Source: a virus (lineage: Duplodnaviria; Caudoviricetes). From it: 36,562 nt of DNA. The DNA is taken from IMG/VR virus record IMGVR_UViG_3300037087_000137, positions 1 through 36,562 of that record. One strand, given 5' to 3'. Shown piece after piece: positions 1 through 10,500 of the stretch. The position numbers and the translations under genes were made by a program. The number at the start of each line of letters is the position of its first letter. Position 1 is the stretch's first letter. Under the pieces are notes generated by a model, which did not search any database, was not told the origin of the DNA, and saw only the letters and a list, made by a program, of their open reading frames with translations.

Positions 1-409
1 GCAGAAGTCCTAGACGAGAGTCCAGATGGTAACGAGGGACAGATGTGGCTCGTGGGTCGCACGAAGCAATGGCTCAAAGACTGCCCCATCGATCACGACT
101 GCGACTACTTCCGCGACGAGCCCGACGAAGAGTGCCACTGCGATAATCACCAGGACACGCCTTGCGTGCCAGAGGTACAGCACGACGTGTGGCACTTCAC
201 GACCTATCCGGTTGAAGGGGCTCGCCGACTGACCGATAGCGACATCTACCACGCGACACACGACCCGACGGACGACTTCGGCCCAAACGGATTCGACCAT
301 TGAGGATCATCTGCTTCTTCCTTGACCACGATTGGATGCGCAGTAAGACGACGCCTCCCTGGGGCAGATGCCGACGGTGCCGGGCGTTCGCGGTATTCCA
401 ATAAGGGGC

Positions 410-438
410 TTGACAGTTTCCGTCGATTGATCTAGGAT
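410..438 (+). promoter_or_regulatory. sigma70-type promoter
   Basis: TTGACA (410-415), 17 bp, TAGGAT (433-438), followed by AGGGAG and ATG at 460. Confidence 0.7.
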
Positions 439-459
439 TCCCTTATTAGGGAGAACCAC

Positions 460-582
460 ATGAACGCACACCTCGCAATCCTGGCAACGACTCTGGTCTT
501 CTACGCTCCGATGATCGTGACGGGGGTCCTTATCAAGGACCTTCTGGATCGGTTCTGGTTCAAGATCGGCTGGCTGTCATGA
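460..582 (+). CDS. 40-aa hydrophobic peptide
   Basis: SD plus ATG; MNAHLAILATTLVFYAPMIVTGVLIKDLLDRFWFKIGWLS; ATGA overlap with next ORF; below ORF-track cutoff. Confidence 0.55.
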   Translation: MNAHLAILATTLVFYAPMIVTGVLIKDLLDRFWFKIGWLS

Positions 583-806
583 TCGCTCGACTGACAACCC
601 CTGAAGAAGCTCAGCAGTCCGTCCACGACTTCCGTGCGCGTCATGCCATCGTGGCAGTCCCGGCTCCGGCCGACGACTTGCTCGGTGGTCATGTCTGCGC
701 GTGGGACGGGCTCCATGTCTACATGGTGCGTGGCGGACAGTGGCGCCACACGATGGCGGAAGTCAGAGTCTTGGTCGAGCGCGCTCCAATTCCTGAGGTG
801 CAGTGA
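579..806 (+). CDS. hypothetical protein
   Basis: Start/stop overlaps with both neighbours. Confidence 0.5.
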   Translation: MIARLTTPEEAQQSVHDFRARHAIVAVPAPADDLLGGHVCAWDGLHVYMVRGGQWRHTMAEVRVLVERAPIPEVQ

Positions 807-1096
807 TGAGCCACGTCGAGTACGACATGCTCCCCGGCTTGGTTGAGGAGGCGCAGGACTTCGTGGAGCGCGGCATCGAACCTGATCGGCGTGACTTCCT
901 GTACGAACTTCTGACCAATGATCTGGTCGGTGTTTTCAGGTTCGGCGACAACGCCAATCTGGCTGAGTTGAAAACTTGGGTAGAGTGGCTCTACTGGCAA
1001 GTCCCCTCGCAGGCATGGGGCTCGGAGGCGAAGGTTCGAGCATGGTGCGAGAGCGGCGGGCTGGACAGTCGCGGGATCGAAGTGGTGGTGTCGTGA
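803..1096 (+). CDS. hypothetical phage protein
   Basis: Coupled ORF with globular-looking composition (NDL..., WGS...VRAW). Confidence 0.6.
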   Translation: MMSHVEYDMLPGLVEEAQDFVERGIEPDRRDFLYELLTNDLVGVFRFGDNANLAELKTWVEWLYWQVPSQAWGSEAKVRAWCESGGLDSRGIEVVVS

Positions 1097-1335
1097 GCAG
1101 GGACCTGCCGCCTGGCGTCACGGGTCTTGAATATGAGATAGCTGGACCCTCCCGGGAGACGGAGGAAAAAAGATCCTGCTTGGCCTGCGGGCATACGGAC
1201 ATTGTGACCGTCCTGTGGTACGACTACACCAAGTGGTTCTTCTGCGACTCATGCGAGGCAGAGAACGATCTATCGTCGGAAATCCCCGACCCGACCGACA
1301 TCGAGGCATACGGAGAGGGCGAGCCCTATGAGTGA
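1093..1335 (+). CDS. Zn-ribbon hypothetical protein
   Basis: GTGA-coupled start at 1093; CLAC...CDSC. Confidence 0.55.
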   Translation: MSRDLPPGVTGLEYEIAGPSRETEEKRSCLACGHTDIVTVLWYDYTKWFFCDSCEAENDLSSEIPDPTDIEAYGEGEPYE

Positions 1336-1470
1336 GGACGTAACGTGTTGGGCTTGCCTACAGTCCATTCGACTCACTAGCTATGGCTGGGGCCATTTGA
1401 CTCCACCCAAGAAGCCGCATACAGCCTCGCCGACTAAGCCGGTCAGGCGACTCAAGAAAGTGGAGGAGAA

Positions 1471-2673
1471 GTGAAGGTCTTCGACCCGAAGGAAACTGGC
1501 ACACGGCTGCCGATCAAGTCGTGGGCGTCTGTGCTTGACCAGGGCGCATTGGACCAGGCCATCAACTTGGCCAACCTGTCCGTGACTATGCACCACATCG
1601 CCCTCATGCCCGACGCCCATCAGGGGTTCGGCATGCCGATTGGTGGCGTGATCTTCACCGACGGCGCCGTGATCCCGAACGCTGTCGGCGTGGACATTGG
1701 TTGCGGCGTGGCCATGATGAAACTCGGCCTAACCATTTCTCAATTGGGAGAGAAACTCCAGCCAACGCTAGATCTGATAGCCTCTCGCGTTCCGACCGGC
1801 TTCCGTCGTCATGACAAGCCGATAGACGACCCGTCCGTGTGGGCACTGGCTGAGCGCATCGTAGACATGAACGGCGATCCCCCAGCGGTAAGCACTCAGT
1901 GGTGGGCCGATTCCGCCACGTCTCTCGGCTCACTCGGTGGCGGAAACCACTTCATCGAGTTCCAGACCGACCAAGACGGCAACGTGTACGTCATGCTGCA
2001 CTCGGGCTCGCGTGGGCTGGGGAAGTCCATCGGGGACTTCTACCACGCCAAGGCCGTCGAGTTGTGCGAGCGATGGCACGTCACCCTGCCAACCAAGGAC
2101 CTGGCCTTTCTGCCTCTCGAAGAACCGGAGCACGACACCTACATAGAGGCCATGCTGTTCGGCATGGACTACGCCGAGACCAACCGTAACCTCATGCTCG
2201 CCGAAGTCCGGAAGGCCGTGATGCAGTTCTTCCCGATGGCTCTGCCTGAAGTGCTGGTCAACGTCCACCACAACTTCGCAGCATGGGAAAACCACTTCGG
2301 ACAGAACGGCATTGTGCACCGCAAGGGCGCGATCCGAGCCCGCAAGGGTGAGACGCTCTTGATCCCTGGCTCCATGGGAACAGCGAGCTACATCGGACGA
2401 GGCTTGGGCAACCCAGACAGCTACAACACCTGCCAGCACGGTGCAGGTCGAGCGATGGGTCGCAAGGATGCCGAACGTCGGTATGCCGCGGGCGATCTGG
2501 AGAACCTCGCTACCTACATGGGCGAGCGCCACATCCTCATGGGCGGTCACGCCTCAGAGGCGATTGACGAGCACCCCCTCGCGTATAAGTCCATCGAGGT
2601 CGTGATGGCTGATAGCGCCGATCTGGTCGAACCGGTAACGCGCCTGTTGCCCATTGCGTGCATCAAGGGCTAG
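1471..2673 (+). CDS. rtcB: RtcB RNA ligase (3'-phosphate/2',3'-cyclic phosphate to 5'-OH)
   Basis: MPDAHQG, GVDIGCG, GGGNHF, HHN, HRKGA, PGSMG, HGAGR and DEHPLAYK motifs; GGAGGAG SD. Confidence 0.95.
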   Translation: MKVFDPKETGTRLPIKSWASVLDQGALDQAINLANLSVTMHHIALMPDAHQGFGMPIGGVIFTDGAVIPNAVGVDIGCGVAMMKLGLTISQLGEKLQPTLDLIASRVPTGFRRHDKPIDDPSVWALAERIVDMNGDPPAVSTQWWADSATSLGSLGGGNHFIEFQTDQDGNVYVMLHSGSRGLGKSIGDFYHAKAVELCERWHVTLPTKDLAFLPLEEPEHDTYIEAMLFGMDYAETNRNLMLAEVRKAVMQFFPMALPEVLVNVHHNFAAWENHFGQNGIVHRKGAIRARKGETLLIPGSMGTASYIGRGLGNPDSYNTCQHGAGRAMGRKDAERRYAAGDLENLATYMGERHILMGGHASEAIDEHPLAYKSIEVVMADSADLVEPVTRLLPIACIKG

Positions 2674-2677
2674 GGAC

Positions 2678-2899
2678 ATGCTTGTCGTGACAATCGAAGT
2701 CTGGGGTGGTGGCAATCCCCGGAATAAGCGCCACGTTTCCACCATGACCATCGTCAACGAGAGCGGCCTGGCCGATCTATCGGACTACGACGTGTGGTGC
2801 GACGGAGAGCAGGTCGGGAGAGTCGTCGGGCACCGTCGAGCAGATGGGGCATGGACGCTCGTGCGCAGGGCACTGAGGCTCAAGAACGCCCCGAGGTAA
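2678..2899 (+). CDS. hypothetical phage protein
   Basis: ATG 4 nt after the rtcB stop; MLVVTIEVW... Confidence 0.6.
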   Translation: MLVVTIEVWGGGNPRNKRHVSTMTIVNESGLADLSDYDVWCDGEQVGRVVGHRRADGAWTLVRRALRLKNAPR

Positions 2900-3466
2900 T
2901 CAACCGAACGGATAGAAACTCACATAGCCTCGGCATCGCGTACATTGCACGGTGCCGGGGCCGTTCTTTACCTGCTCGAACCGGATCGGCCCGCCACATG
3001 GACAACTGGTCAAGACGCGCTCAGGGTCTCCGCAATCATTCAAGTGAGTAACGGCGGGCCAATGTTTGTGCAGATGCTCGCCGTGAAGCCGAAGAAATGG
3101 GAGCAACTGGCCGTCGAGTGAGTTCCAGTCCGTGCTCTCCATCTTGTCGAACACGTCACGGTGGCGGTTCATTAGCGCGGGGCTGAACTTCGTACACCCG
3201 AGCCAGCTGCCGATGTTGGCACCCACCTGGTAGGGCGCTCCACACCAGTCCTCCGTACAGTCACGCAGAGAGGCGATTGTGTCCGGATTGACCACGATAT
3301 CGTGTTCAACGATGATCGACCCCTCATTGCGGTACCAGAGCGCCTCCAGAAGCCAGAAGTAGCGGGACTTGTCGTCGCTCACGTCCACGAAGATGGCGTC
3401 CTCCCCTACGAGCCCGGCGCGCGTCTCCGGCCGTAGCTGGGTATAGGGAACGACGAGGGGGATCAT
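2900..3466 (-). CDS. GT-A-like glycosyltransferase with C-terminal Zn ribbon
   Basis: IIVEHDIVV (DxD-like), LGCTKF, C-terminal CPC...CTRC; ATGA-coupled start at 3466. Confidence 0.6.
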   Translation of the reverse strand: MIPLVVPYTQLRPETRAGLVGEDAIFVDVSDDKSRYFWLLEALWYRNEGSIIVEHDIVVNPDTIASLRDCTEDWCGAPYQVGANIGSWLGCTKFSPALMNRHRDVFDKMESTDWNSLDGQLLPFLRLHGEHLHKHWPAVTHLNDCGDPERVLTSCPCGGPIRFEQVKNGPGTVQCTRCRGYVSFYPFG

Positions 3467-3795
3467 GCTGTTCTGAGATAGCGCTCGCGGTCGAGCGCGC
3501 CACGACGCTTGTTGCACTCCAAGATGACCAGTTCGAGCGCCTTGACTCTCTCAGGCCCCTTCACGCGAGTGGTGCAGAGATGCGTCTTGGGTGCGCAGCC
3601 AGCGGTGAACGGTCCCGTGGAGGTCTGGCAGTTGGCGCAGACAGCGGGTCGGCGGTGATACAGGTTGCCGCGGTCCTTGTGAGGTCGGTAACCCGAGCCG
3701 TGGCTGGCCATGTAGTGAGACGTGGAATGAGCCTGTCCGCCCCAGCGGGAGGCGCGGCCGAGCTTGCGGCTGCTGCCAGAACTGCTACCTGCCAT
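3463..3795 (-). CDS. basic Cys-containing hypothetical protein
   Basis: GGAGGAG SD plus ATG; CANC...C motifs. Confidence 0.6.
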   Translation of the reverse strand: MAGSSSGSSRKLGRASRWGGQAHSTSHYMASHGSGYRPHKDRGNLYHRRPAVCANCQTSTGPFTAGCAPKTHLCTTRVKGPERVKALELVILECNKRRGALDRERYLRTA

Positions 3796-3814
3796 GGTTG
3801 CTCCTCCAATTGTC

Positions 3815-3847
3815 GGCGCCGTCTCCGGGGGGAATGGAGACGGCGCC
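3815..3847. terminator. perfect 12-bp hairpin downstream of the peptidase gene
   Basis: GGCGCCGTCTCC-9 nt-GGAGACGGCGCC; no clear U-tract. Confidence 0.5.
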
Positions 3848-3888
3848 CTAAGGTCTCGTAGCCTGCGAAGTTACAGAGAGTATATCTC

Positions 3889-4863
3889 CTAGACGAGGAC
3901 CACGTTGGAAGCCGGCTGGACGTAGAGTCCAGCGTTGGCGCCGGTCAACCTGATCCAGCCGCCGCCATGCATCGGCGGGGTGGGCTGCAAGCCGACCCAG
4001 TTGATGGTCGCTGTTGCGTCGGCGGTGGCGGCGCTGTGGCGAGAGCCGAACTGCATGATCTTGGAAGGAGCCGACGGTCTCTTTGGATTCCAGCAGTTGA
4101 CGGTGCCCGTCACGCTGACCTTGCGCGGCACGGCGAACGGGGTCACGACGATTTGGCAGTTCGGGGCGTCGGTGACCGACCATGCTTCCCACGAGACGGT
4201 GTGCAGGTAGGAGATCGGGAGCCAGCAGAAGCCCTTGGCGCCCCAGTTGCCCCAGGAGTTCTGGAGCAGGATCGCGCCCTTGGAGCCGTCTGGGCAGGAG
4301 ATGCGCTGGTCAAAGCCACAAGCCTTGAGGGCGTGTCCGCCCGCCAGAGTGTCCGGCTTAGGCAACATTCCGCCTGCCAGGGGAGTGAACCAAGACTCCT
4401 GCCAATTGACCCCGAAGTAAGCCCCAACGCCATTGGCGAATATCGCGGCGTAGATTTGGTCGGCGCTGTTCAGACGAGCGTACTGACCAAGGAGAAGACG
4501 CTCTGGATTAGCAACTCGACCGTTCGTTGCAAGCAGGCCAGGGTTCAGCCAAACATTGAGAACATCGCGCATGACGGCGCCGTTGGCCGTGCCATGGGCT
4601 CGATCAAAGGCTTCGGTCTCGTTGAAGGACGGGAACGTTCCATCCTCGTTGTACTCGAAGGTTTGCTCCAGTCCCGCAGCGGCATAGACCGTACATTGTG
4701 GGGTGCTACGTTGATTGAGAAGTCCGCCCGTGTTGGGGGCCCGATAGGATAGCGGGACTGGGCCCTCCACTCCTGCGATCATATCCAGCGTGTAGTCTCG
4801 GTGGTCCTCGGGACTGAAGGTCATGCCGAGTCCGAATTCTTCGTGATCGGGGTGCAAACACAT
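3889..4863 (-). CDS. papain-like C1 cysteine peptidase (possible endolysin); start may be CTG at 4872
   Basis: Q...C (NQRSTPQC), GGHAL and QNSWG catalytic motifs, plus an extra C-terminal domain. Confidence 0.85.
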   Translation of the reverse strand: MCLHPDHEEFGLGMTFSPEDHRDYTLDMIAGVEGPVPLSYRAPNTGGLLNQRSTPQCTVYAAAGLEQTFEYNEDGTFPSFNETEAFDRAHGTANGAVMRDVLNVWLNPGLLATNGRVANPERLLLGQYARLNSADQIYAAIFANGVGAYFGVNWQESWFTPLAGGMLPKPDTLAGGHALKACGFDQRISCPDGSKGAILLQNSWGNWGAKGFCWLPISYLHTVSWEAWSVTDAPNCQIVVTPFAVPRKVSVTGTVNCWNPKRPSAPSKIMQFGSRHSAATADATATINWVGLQPTPPMHGGGWIRLTGANAGLYVQPASNVVLV

Positions 4864-4918
4864 TCGGGTCAGTAAGTTGTGCTCCTCCTTGGGTGCTTGA
4901 TCTAGCCTAGTTTACTCC

Positions 4919-5095
4919 TTAGTTGTGGGGGAGAACCCAAGTTCTGCCTTTGGGCAGCAGAGCATACTCGCGTTCGAGTTCGGCTCGATGTTCCAACATT
5001 GAGGCGTCGTATTGCATGGGCGACTTGGCCACAGGAATACGCAGGCTCACCTCAATGGCGATCTTGTTCAGGGTCTCAGGATCGAGATACTTCAT
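4919..5095 (-). CDS. 58-aa protein downstream of the zeta-like domain (candidate immunity protein)
   Basis: MKYLDPETLNKIAIEVSLRIP...VLPHN; overlaps the upstream stop; absent from ORF track. Confidence 0.55.
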   Translation of the reverse strand: MKYLDPETLNKIAIEVSLRIPVAKSPMQYDASMLEHRAELEREYALLPKGRTWVLPHN

Positions 5096-6452
5096 AGGTC
5101 ACCTTGGACTCGAAGGAAGACCACGCCTCTTGGTCATAGACCGTGACGCTCTTTCCAGCGCCATTCAACACGTGGTCGGGCGGATGATGGTCAGTATCCC
5201 ACAGGTCAACCCTGTCGTATAGACCCTGTGTGACGGCGTAGGTGAAGGATTGGGTCACTCCGATGTGGGTGTTGATAAGCACATCCTTTGGAACGTCCCG
5301 ACCTTCGGCCCTGTGCCCTGGCTTCGTCTCTTGCCAAGGCAGTATCGATGGAGCACGTTGGTTCCGTGCCGCTGGGGCAACTCAGATCGACGCCGCCTAC
5401 ACCACCTCAATCTTGCTTTCCAGGTGATCTGGACCGCCGTCTCCTGTGCCGTCGTACACCACGTCGAACTTGCCAGAGATAGCCGCAGTCATCGCCTCGT
5501 TCATGACCGAGGAAGCCTCCTCGTGAGCGTAGTTGGCAGCGGCAGCTACAACGGCTGGATCGGAGGAATGAAGCATCGCCTGATAGTCGGGAAACTGCGC
5601 CTGAATGAGGTCGTCATTGACCATAGCGACGTTGGTAGACGGGAAGTTGGCGTAGCCCTGCTGGAGCAGGACAGTGCTCTTGCCGGAAGCGGACCCGCCG
5701 CCTGTCATATAGACGGTTGATCCCTTCGGGTTGGGGGTCAGCCCTTGCAGGATACCCGCAATGATCTGCTTGTGCAGCGCATCCCGTTCGGGGGTCCAGT
5801 GGCCCTGGCCATCTTGGTACTTGTGAATCGAGTCGGTCGCGGGCAGGGCGGATGCTCCGCCGCCTCCCCCTCCGGCCGTCCAACGCCCGTGGTCATCGCG
5901 CTCCTGATCGTCGGAATACTTCTGTGCTGCCGGGCCCGCATGGAACTGGGTTATGCTCTCGTGCTGAATGCCTGCCCCCAAGTCCCACTTGTCGGCATAC
6001 TCAAGTAGAGATTGGTGGTCCATACCTATCCGTGTAACGGGCAGATTGAAGTCCGGTACTTCCAAGGTTCGAGCCACCGCGGCGGCCCAGGTGTGGTGAC
6101 CGTCGATGACGTAGTTGTCCTGGCTGATGATGATCCGTCGGGCATCACCCGAACGCATTAGGTCCAGCTGGCCAGCCACCGTCTTGGCGTTGATCTGATC
6201 CTGAATTGGCTTCAGCGTCCTCGGATCAACCTGCTCTTGCGTGACCGTAGTCCCGCTCTTGGTCAGCCCATCGAAGAATGCCTGCCGGTCGGCGGTGGGT
6301 ATCTGGGGCATGGCCGTTCGGTCGAGTCCGAGACCCTCCTTGCCGAATAGATACTTACCGTCCACACGTAGCTCGTTGATGTCCACGGCGTCGCTTCGTT
6401 GCTTGGCAGCATCGAGGATGGTGAATACCTGTCCCGATGAAACGTTCGGATG
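5076..6452 (-). pseudogene. disrupted C-terminal continuation of MuF: ParB-like domain, repeat motif, zeta-toxin-like P-loop kinase
   Basis: In frame with MuF past one TAG; IISQDNYVIDGHH (ParB-like); GGGSASGKST Walker A; DGT; GRDVP...H; broken by an inversion at about 5359-5405 and small indels. Confidence 0.75.
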
Positions 6453-7337
6453 CTAACCGGCCGTGATGCGGTCGCAAATCTGATCGCCCGTTCCACCACC
6501 CGAGGTCCATTGGCCGTGGTCATCCCGCGCCTCGTCGTCGCTGTACTTGCGCAGGATCGCCCACGTCTTCAGCAGGTCAGCAGTCGAGACTTCCTCAACG
6601 CTGTCATCGAACCCGCCCCATGAATAGACAGCCTGGTCGGCAGGAACCACAGTGTAGTCGATGGAGCAACGGCAGTTCGGACCGCACTCAGTGCGTCCAC
6701 CGAATTCAGAATCTCCTGGGTGAGGCATGGCAGCGTCGATCTCGTCCCCGACCCACGTCATGCCGTTCAAGTTCTTGCAGTCTTCACACACCGCTCCATC
6801 GGTCTCGGAGACCCAGGTAGCCTGCTCGATCTCTCCGCCAGCCTGCACGCCGTCTTGAAAACCTTCCTCGTACAATGGGTTGAGTGTGTTCGCGTACGTC
6901 CCCAGCCAAGCATCGAGTTGTTCTATGCTGGCTTGTGTGCCGACAAGGAGAGCACCGAAACCGAATAGGGAGTCTTCGATGTTGTCTGAGGCGCCGTCAA
7001 CAGCTTCCTGACCGTCGTCATCAAGGGTGTCGTCACCCGAGTCATCCCATTCGTCCGTGATGTCGGAGTCGTCCCCCTCGTCGGTGTTCTCATCGAAAGC
7101 TGGGTTGCTGGGTCCAAGTGTCTCATCGTCTGAGTTTACTTCACTTGAATCTATTCCTTCGTCTCCGCCGGTCTGCTGAATGTCTCCCGGCAATGCTTCG
7201 GCTGCATCTGGATCGACTATCGGAACCGGCTTGGGCAGGGCCTTCTTGGCGTCCTTCTTACCTACAAGGTATGCAGCAGCGTAGCCCTGGGTCAGGACGG
7301 TACGGGCAGCATCGGCGAAGGACAGACCGCTGGTCAC
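6453..7337 (-). CDS. MuF/SPP1 gp7-like head morphogenesis protein
   Basis: TWVSETDGAVCEDC...CGPNCRC motif; downstream of portal; acidic N-terminal tract. Confidence 0.8.
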   Translation of the reverse strand: MTSGLSFADAARTVLTQGYAAAYLVGKKDAKKALPKPVPIVDPDAAEALPGDIQQTGGDEGIDSSEVNSDDETLGPSNPAFDENTDEGDDSDITDEWDDSGDDTLDDDGQEAVDGASDNIEDSLFGFGALLVGTQASIEQLDAWLGTYANTLNPLYEEGFQDGVQAGGEIEQATWVSETDGAVCEDCKNLNGMTWVGDEIDAAMPHPGDSEFGGRTECGPNCRCSIDYTVVPADQAVYSWGGFDDSVEEVSTADLLKTWAILRKYSDDEARDDHGQWTSGGGTGDQICDRITAG

Positions 7338-7552
7338 TTATCCTCGAACATCATGGCAGCGTAGTCGGCATCCTTGGGTTCTTTGGGGTCGAACTGAATG
7401 CCCAAATCATCGGGATACGGCTTGCGATGGTCGGCCTGGCTGAAAAGTATCTCTGGGGGGATGCCCGCGGGGAAGGCGGCACACTTCGGTTCAAGCAAGT
7501 TGCCGAAGAGGTGTTTGCAGCCGCCACAAATAGGCGAGGCGATGGTCGTCAT
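7334..7552 (-). CDS. small Cys/His protein after the zincin domain (candidate immunity or partner)
   Basis: CGGCKH...CAAFPAGIP...DHRKPYPDDLGIQF; ATGA-coupled on both sides. Confidence 0.75.
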   Translation of the reverse strand: MTTIASPICGGCKHLFGNLLEPKCAAFPAGIPPEILFSQADHRKPYPDDLGIQFDPKEPKDADYAAMMFEDK

Positions 7553-10500
7553 TGGGTTACCCCTTTGTCCTTGAGATAGGCCCGGAGTTGAGTCGGTGCA
7601 GGGTCATCATAGTGCGGACCGGGTGCGTAGGCTTGGCTGAATAGCTCGGCGAACTTCTCCTGGTCGTCTTTGTGGGAGTAGCCCGAGACGTACGGAAGGT
7701 CCTTGACGTAGTCGCTCACCGAGTTACCTGAGAGACCGCCGCCGAAGATCGAAGATGCCACGGCATGGCCGAACTCATGCGTTGCATAGCCTTCAGGAGT
7801 CGGGTTGGCATTCCAGTCATTGGTAGTCGGTCCCAGAGAGGGTGCGTAGTTATTCCACCGGTTGGAGTTGAATGCGATTACCTCGCGATTCTCTGATCCA
7901 AGGTATGGAGGTCCGAACTCGGCAATGCGACTCGGGTTCAAGCTACGTGTGGTGATCTGATTGACCGTAGCGTTGGGGAATTCGTCTTGGAGCTTCCCGA
8001 GTTGCTGTAGGGCTGGACCCATCGTTGCCGGATTCATCACAGCCAGAGATGGTGTGTACCACGTTCCTTGATGAGAGGCGTTGAGCGCGGCCACTTGCGA
8101 CTGAAGTTGTACCCCTCCACGCAAGCGAGATAGATCGGTGTCGTTTTTGGGGTGACCCTGGTTGTCCAGCAGAGAGCCGTCATGGAGCCGGACCCAGCCG
8201 TAGGGCAGGTCGTCTCCCTCGGCTCCTGATGTCCAACGACCGTGATCGTCACGAGCTTGATCGTCACTGTATTTGAGAATACCTGAGCGCGCCATCTTGA
8301 CGGCTGATACCGTGACGGCATCGCCGCTCCATGTGCGCCACTCGGCCTCTGCGGGAGACACGAAGTAGCCCATTGCGCCGGGTATCGGATGCGCTTCCAC
8401 CACGCCTATCTGGGACGTGTCCAGTCCGGCGTAATACTTCGGATCGGGGTTCCAGAAGACTGGGTCGGTTGGGCCACCGTGAACGCTCTGTGCGAGCAGG
8501 AACGAACGGTAGGCTGTGAACCGGTCGGACTGCGCCTCGTCTGGGGTAGAGGGGCGAAGCCATGACGTGTAGCGCTCCTGGCCGTCGCCACCAGTGACAT
8601 GTCCGCCATTGAGATCAGGATGCCAGCCAAGATCGCCGTAGGTCTGTTTCATCTGATCTTCTGAGGCAACCATGCCGGGGAAGTCCTTGTTCATCGAGGT
8701 TACCCGGGTCTCTCCGTTCAGCAAATTGTCGTAGGCGCCCTTGCCCGCGGTGGACTCGTAGAGGTGAGCCATGCCTTCGTCGCCGTTGACAAACCCGCCA
8801 GCCTGAGCCCGCGCCGCCAGATCGTCCATGGTGATCTTGCCCGTCGCCACGTCGTGAGACTCGATCATCGTCTCGGCGATCCGGTCTGCGTACGCCTTGT
8901 CCGTTGTCAGGCTTATCGTGTCGGTTGTGCCCCCGCCCAGACCGGTGGACTTGATGCCTGCTGCCTGTAGCTCGTCCTGAGTCATGAGTCCATTAGCCAG
9001 CACCGCATCGCTCGCAACGGTCGCGTGGTAGAGCGTATCGGGAAGCGGGGCCACAGACTCATACCCATTGGGGAGGTTAGGAACCCATCCGCGCTTGCTG
9101 GCATCCTCAGGGCTTATCTTGCCAAGAGCCACGCCCCGGTTGATGGCGGTGTCCCACTTCTCTCGCTCGATCCGTGCGGCGCGGAAGTGATCCATTTGCT
9201 GATCGGTGGTCATCTGGTCGAAACCAGCAGGCAGCCCACCGGCAGGTTTCTCGCCTGGATCGGTCCAGCCTCCGCCGTCAGTCCACATGCCGTGGTCGTC
9301 GCGAGGTTCGTCGGATACGTCACGCTTGGTGACAGATTCCTTCACCACGGTGCGATTGCCGTCGGCGTCGATATGCTCCACTGAACGAACGTTCATGGCG
9401 GTCCCGGGGCGGATCGGGACTTCTGGAAGCACCGCGTCTCGATACTCGTAGCTCCCGATCTCACGCTCCATCACCGGACGGTCCTTGGGATTGTCCCAGT
9501 CCATGACGTGGTCGTAGCCAGGGTGTTCAGCCGTCACGATGAACCCATGCTCATCCTTGGCTTGCTCCTCCACCCACTTCCGGTCGTGCGTCCAGTGCAT
9601 CCCGTATCCCGCGCCCTCGCGCAGGGTGTCGCCGGGGACATAGCGGTAGAGAGGCAGCGAAACGTCGCCCTTGGTCGTGCCCGTCTCAGGCATCGCCGAC
9701 TCCCCGGCGCTCCACTCCCCGTGATCGTTCCGCGGCTGGTCGTCGCTGTACTTGTTCCTATTCGAGTGCTCGCTCACCAACGCGATCAGCTGCGCTCGAA
9801 CTCGGGCGATGATGGGATTCAGGGAGTCGTCTCGACGCTTGCCTCCTGAGGAGATCGTGATAGTGCGGGCACGCTTCGAAGTCTTTCCTGCGGCTGCTGT
9901 GTTGGCATCTCGCATGATCGAGCCAACCGAGGTGCCCGGCGAATCGTAGTTGGAGAATGATCCGATGTTGTCCCCCGTCCGGGGGTCCGACACATCGAGG
10001 GTGAACGTATCAGCGTTGCGAGCAGCCGATGCCACCAGCGTTCTCTGGGCGTCCGTCATGGGCCGGGAGATTTCAAGGTTGACATCTCCGCCTCCTGTCG
10101 TCAGCACACGGATGTACCCGGCTCCGAGCATCCTGCCCATCGTGGAGGCTGTGTGAGAGTCGTTTGGGTCGAGATGATCCGTAGCTCGGTCTTGGGACGA
10201 TACGAGGCTGCCCAAGTCACGGTGATCTATGCTCCGCTGACCCGCAAGATAGTCCTTCGGCCATGCTGAATGGCTCCGATCCTTTGGGTCGGGCACGAAC
10301 TGATTGCCCTCACGATGGTAGCCAACGGCCTGAGAGCGTCCAGAAAAGTCGAGCATGATGCCGCTTGGAGCAATATACCCTGCCTCACTAAGGTCGTGGG
10401 TCACTCCGAATTGGAGGATAGCTCGTTCCTCAAGATCAGGCGGACCTGCGTCGCCGATAGTCCACCGACCTTGATAGTCACGAGCCTCGTCATCGCTATA

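Noticed and set aside
2671-6455. Genome-wide TAG recoding
   Set aside because: rtcB and the C1 peptidase end at TAG at natural C-termini, and long genes are not fragmented by TAG.
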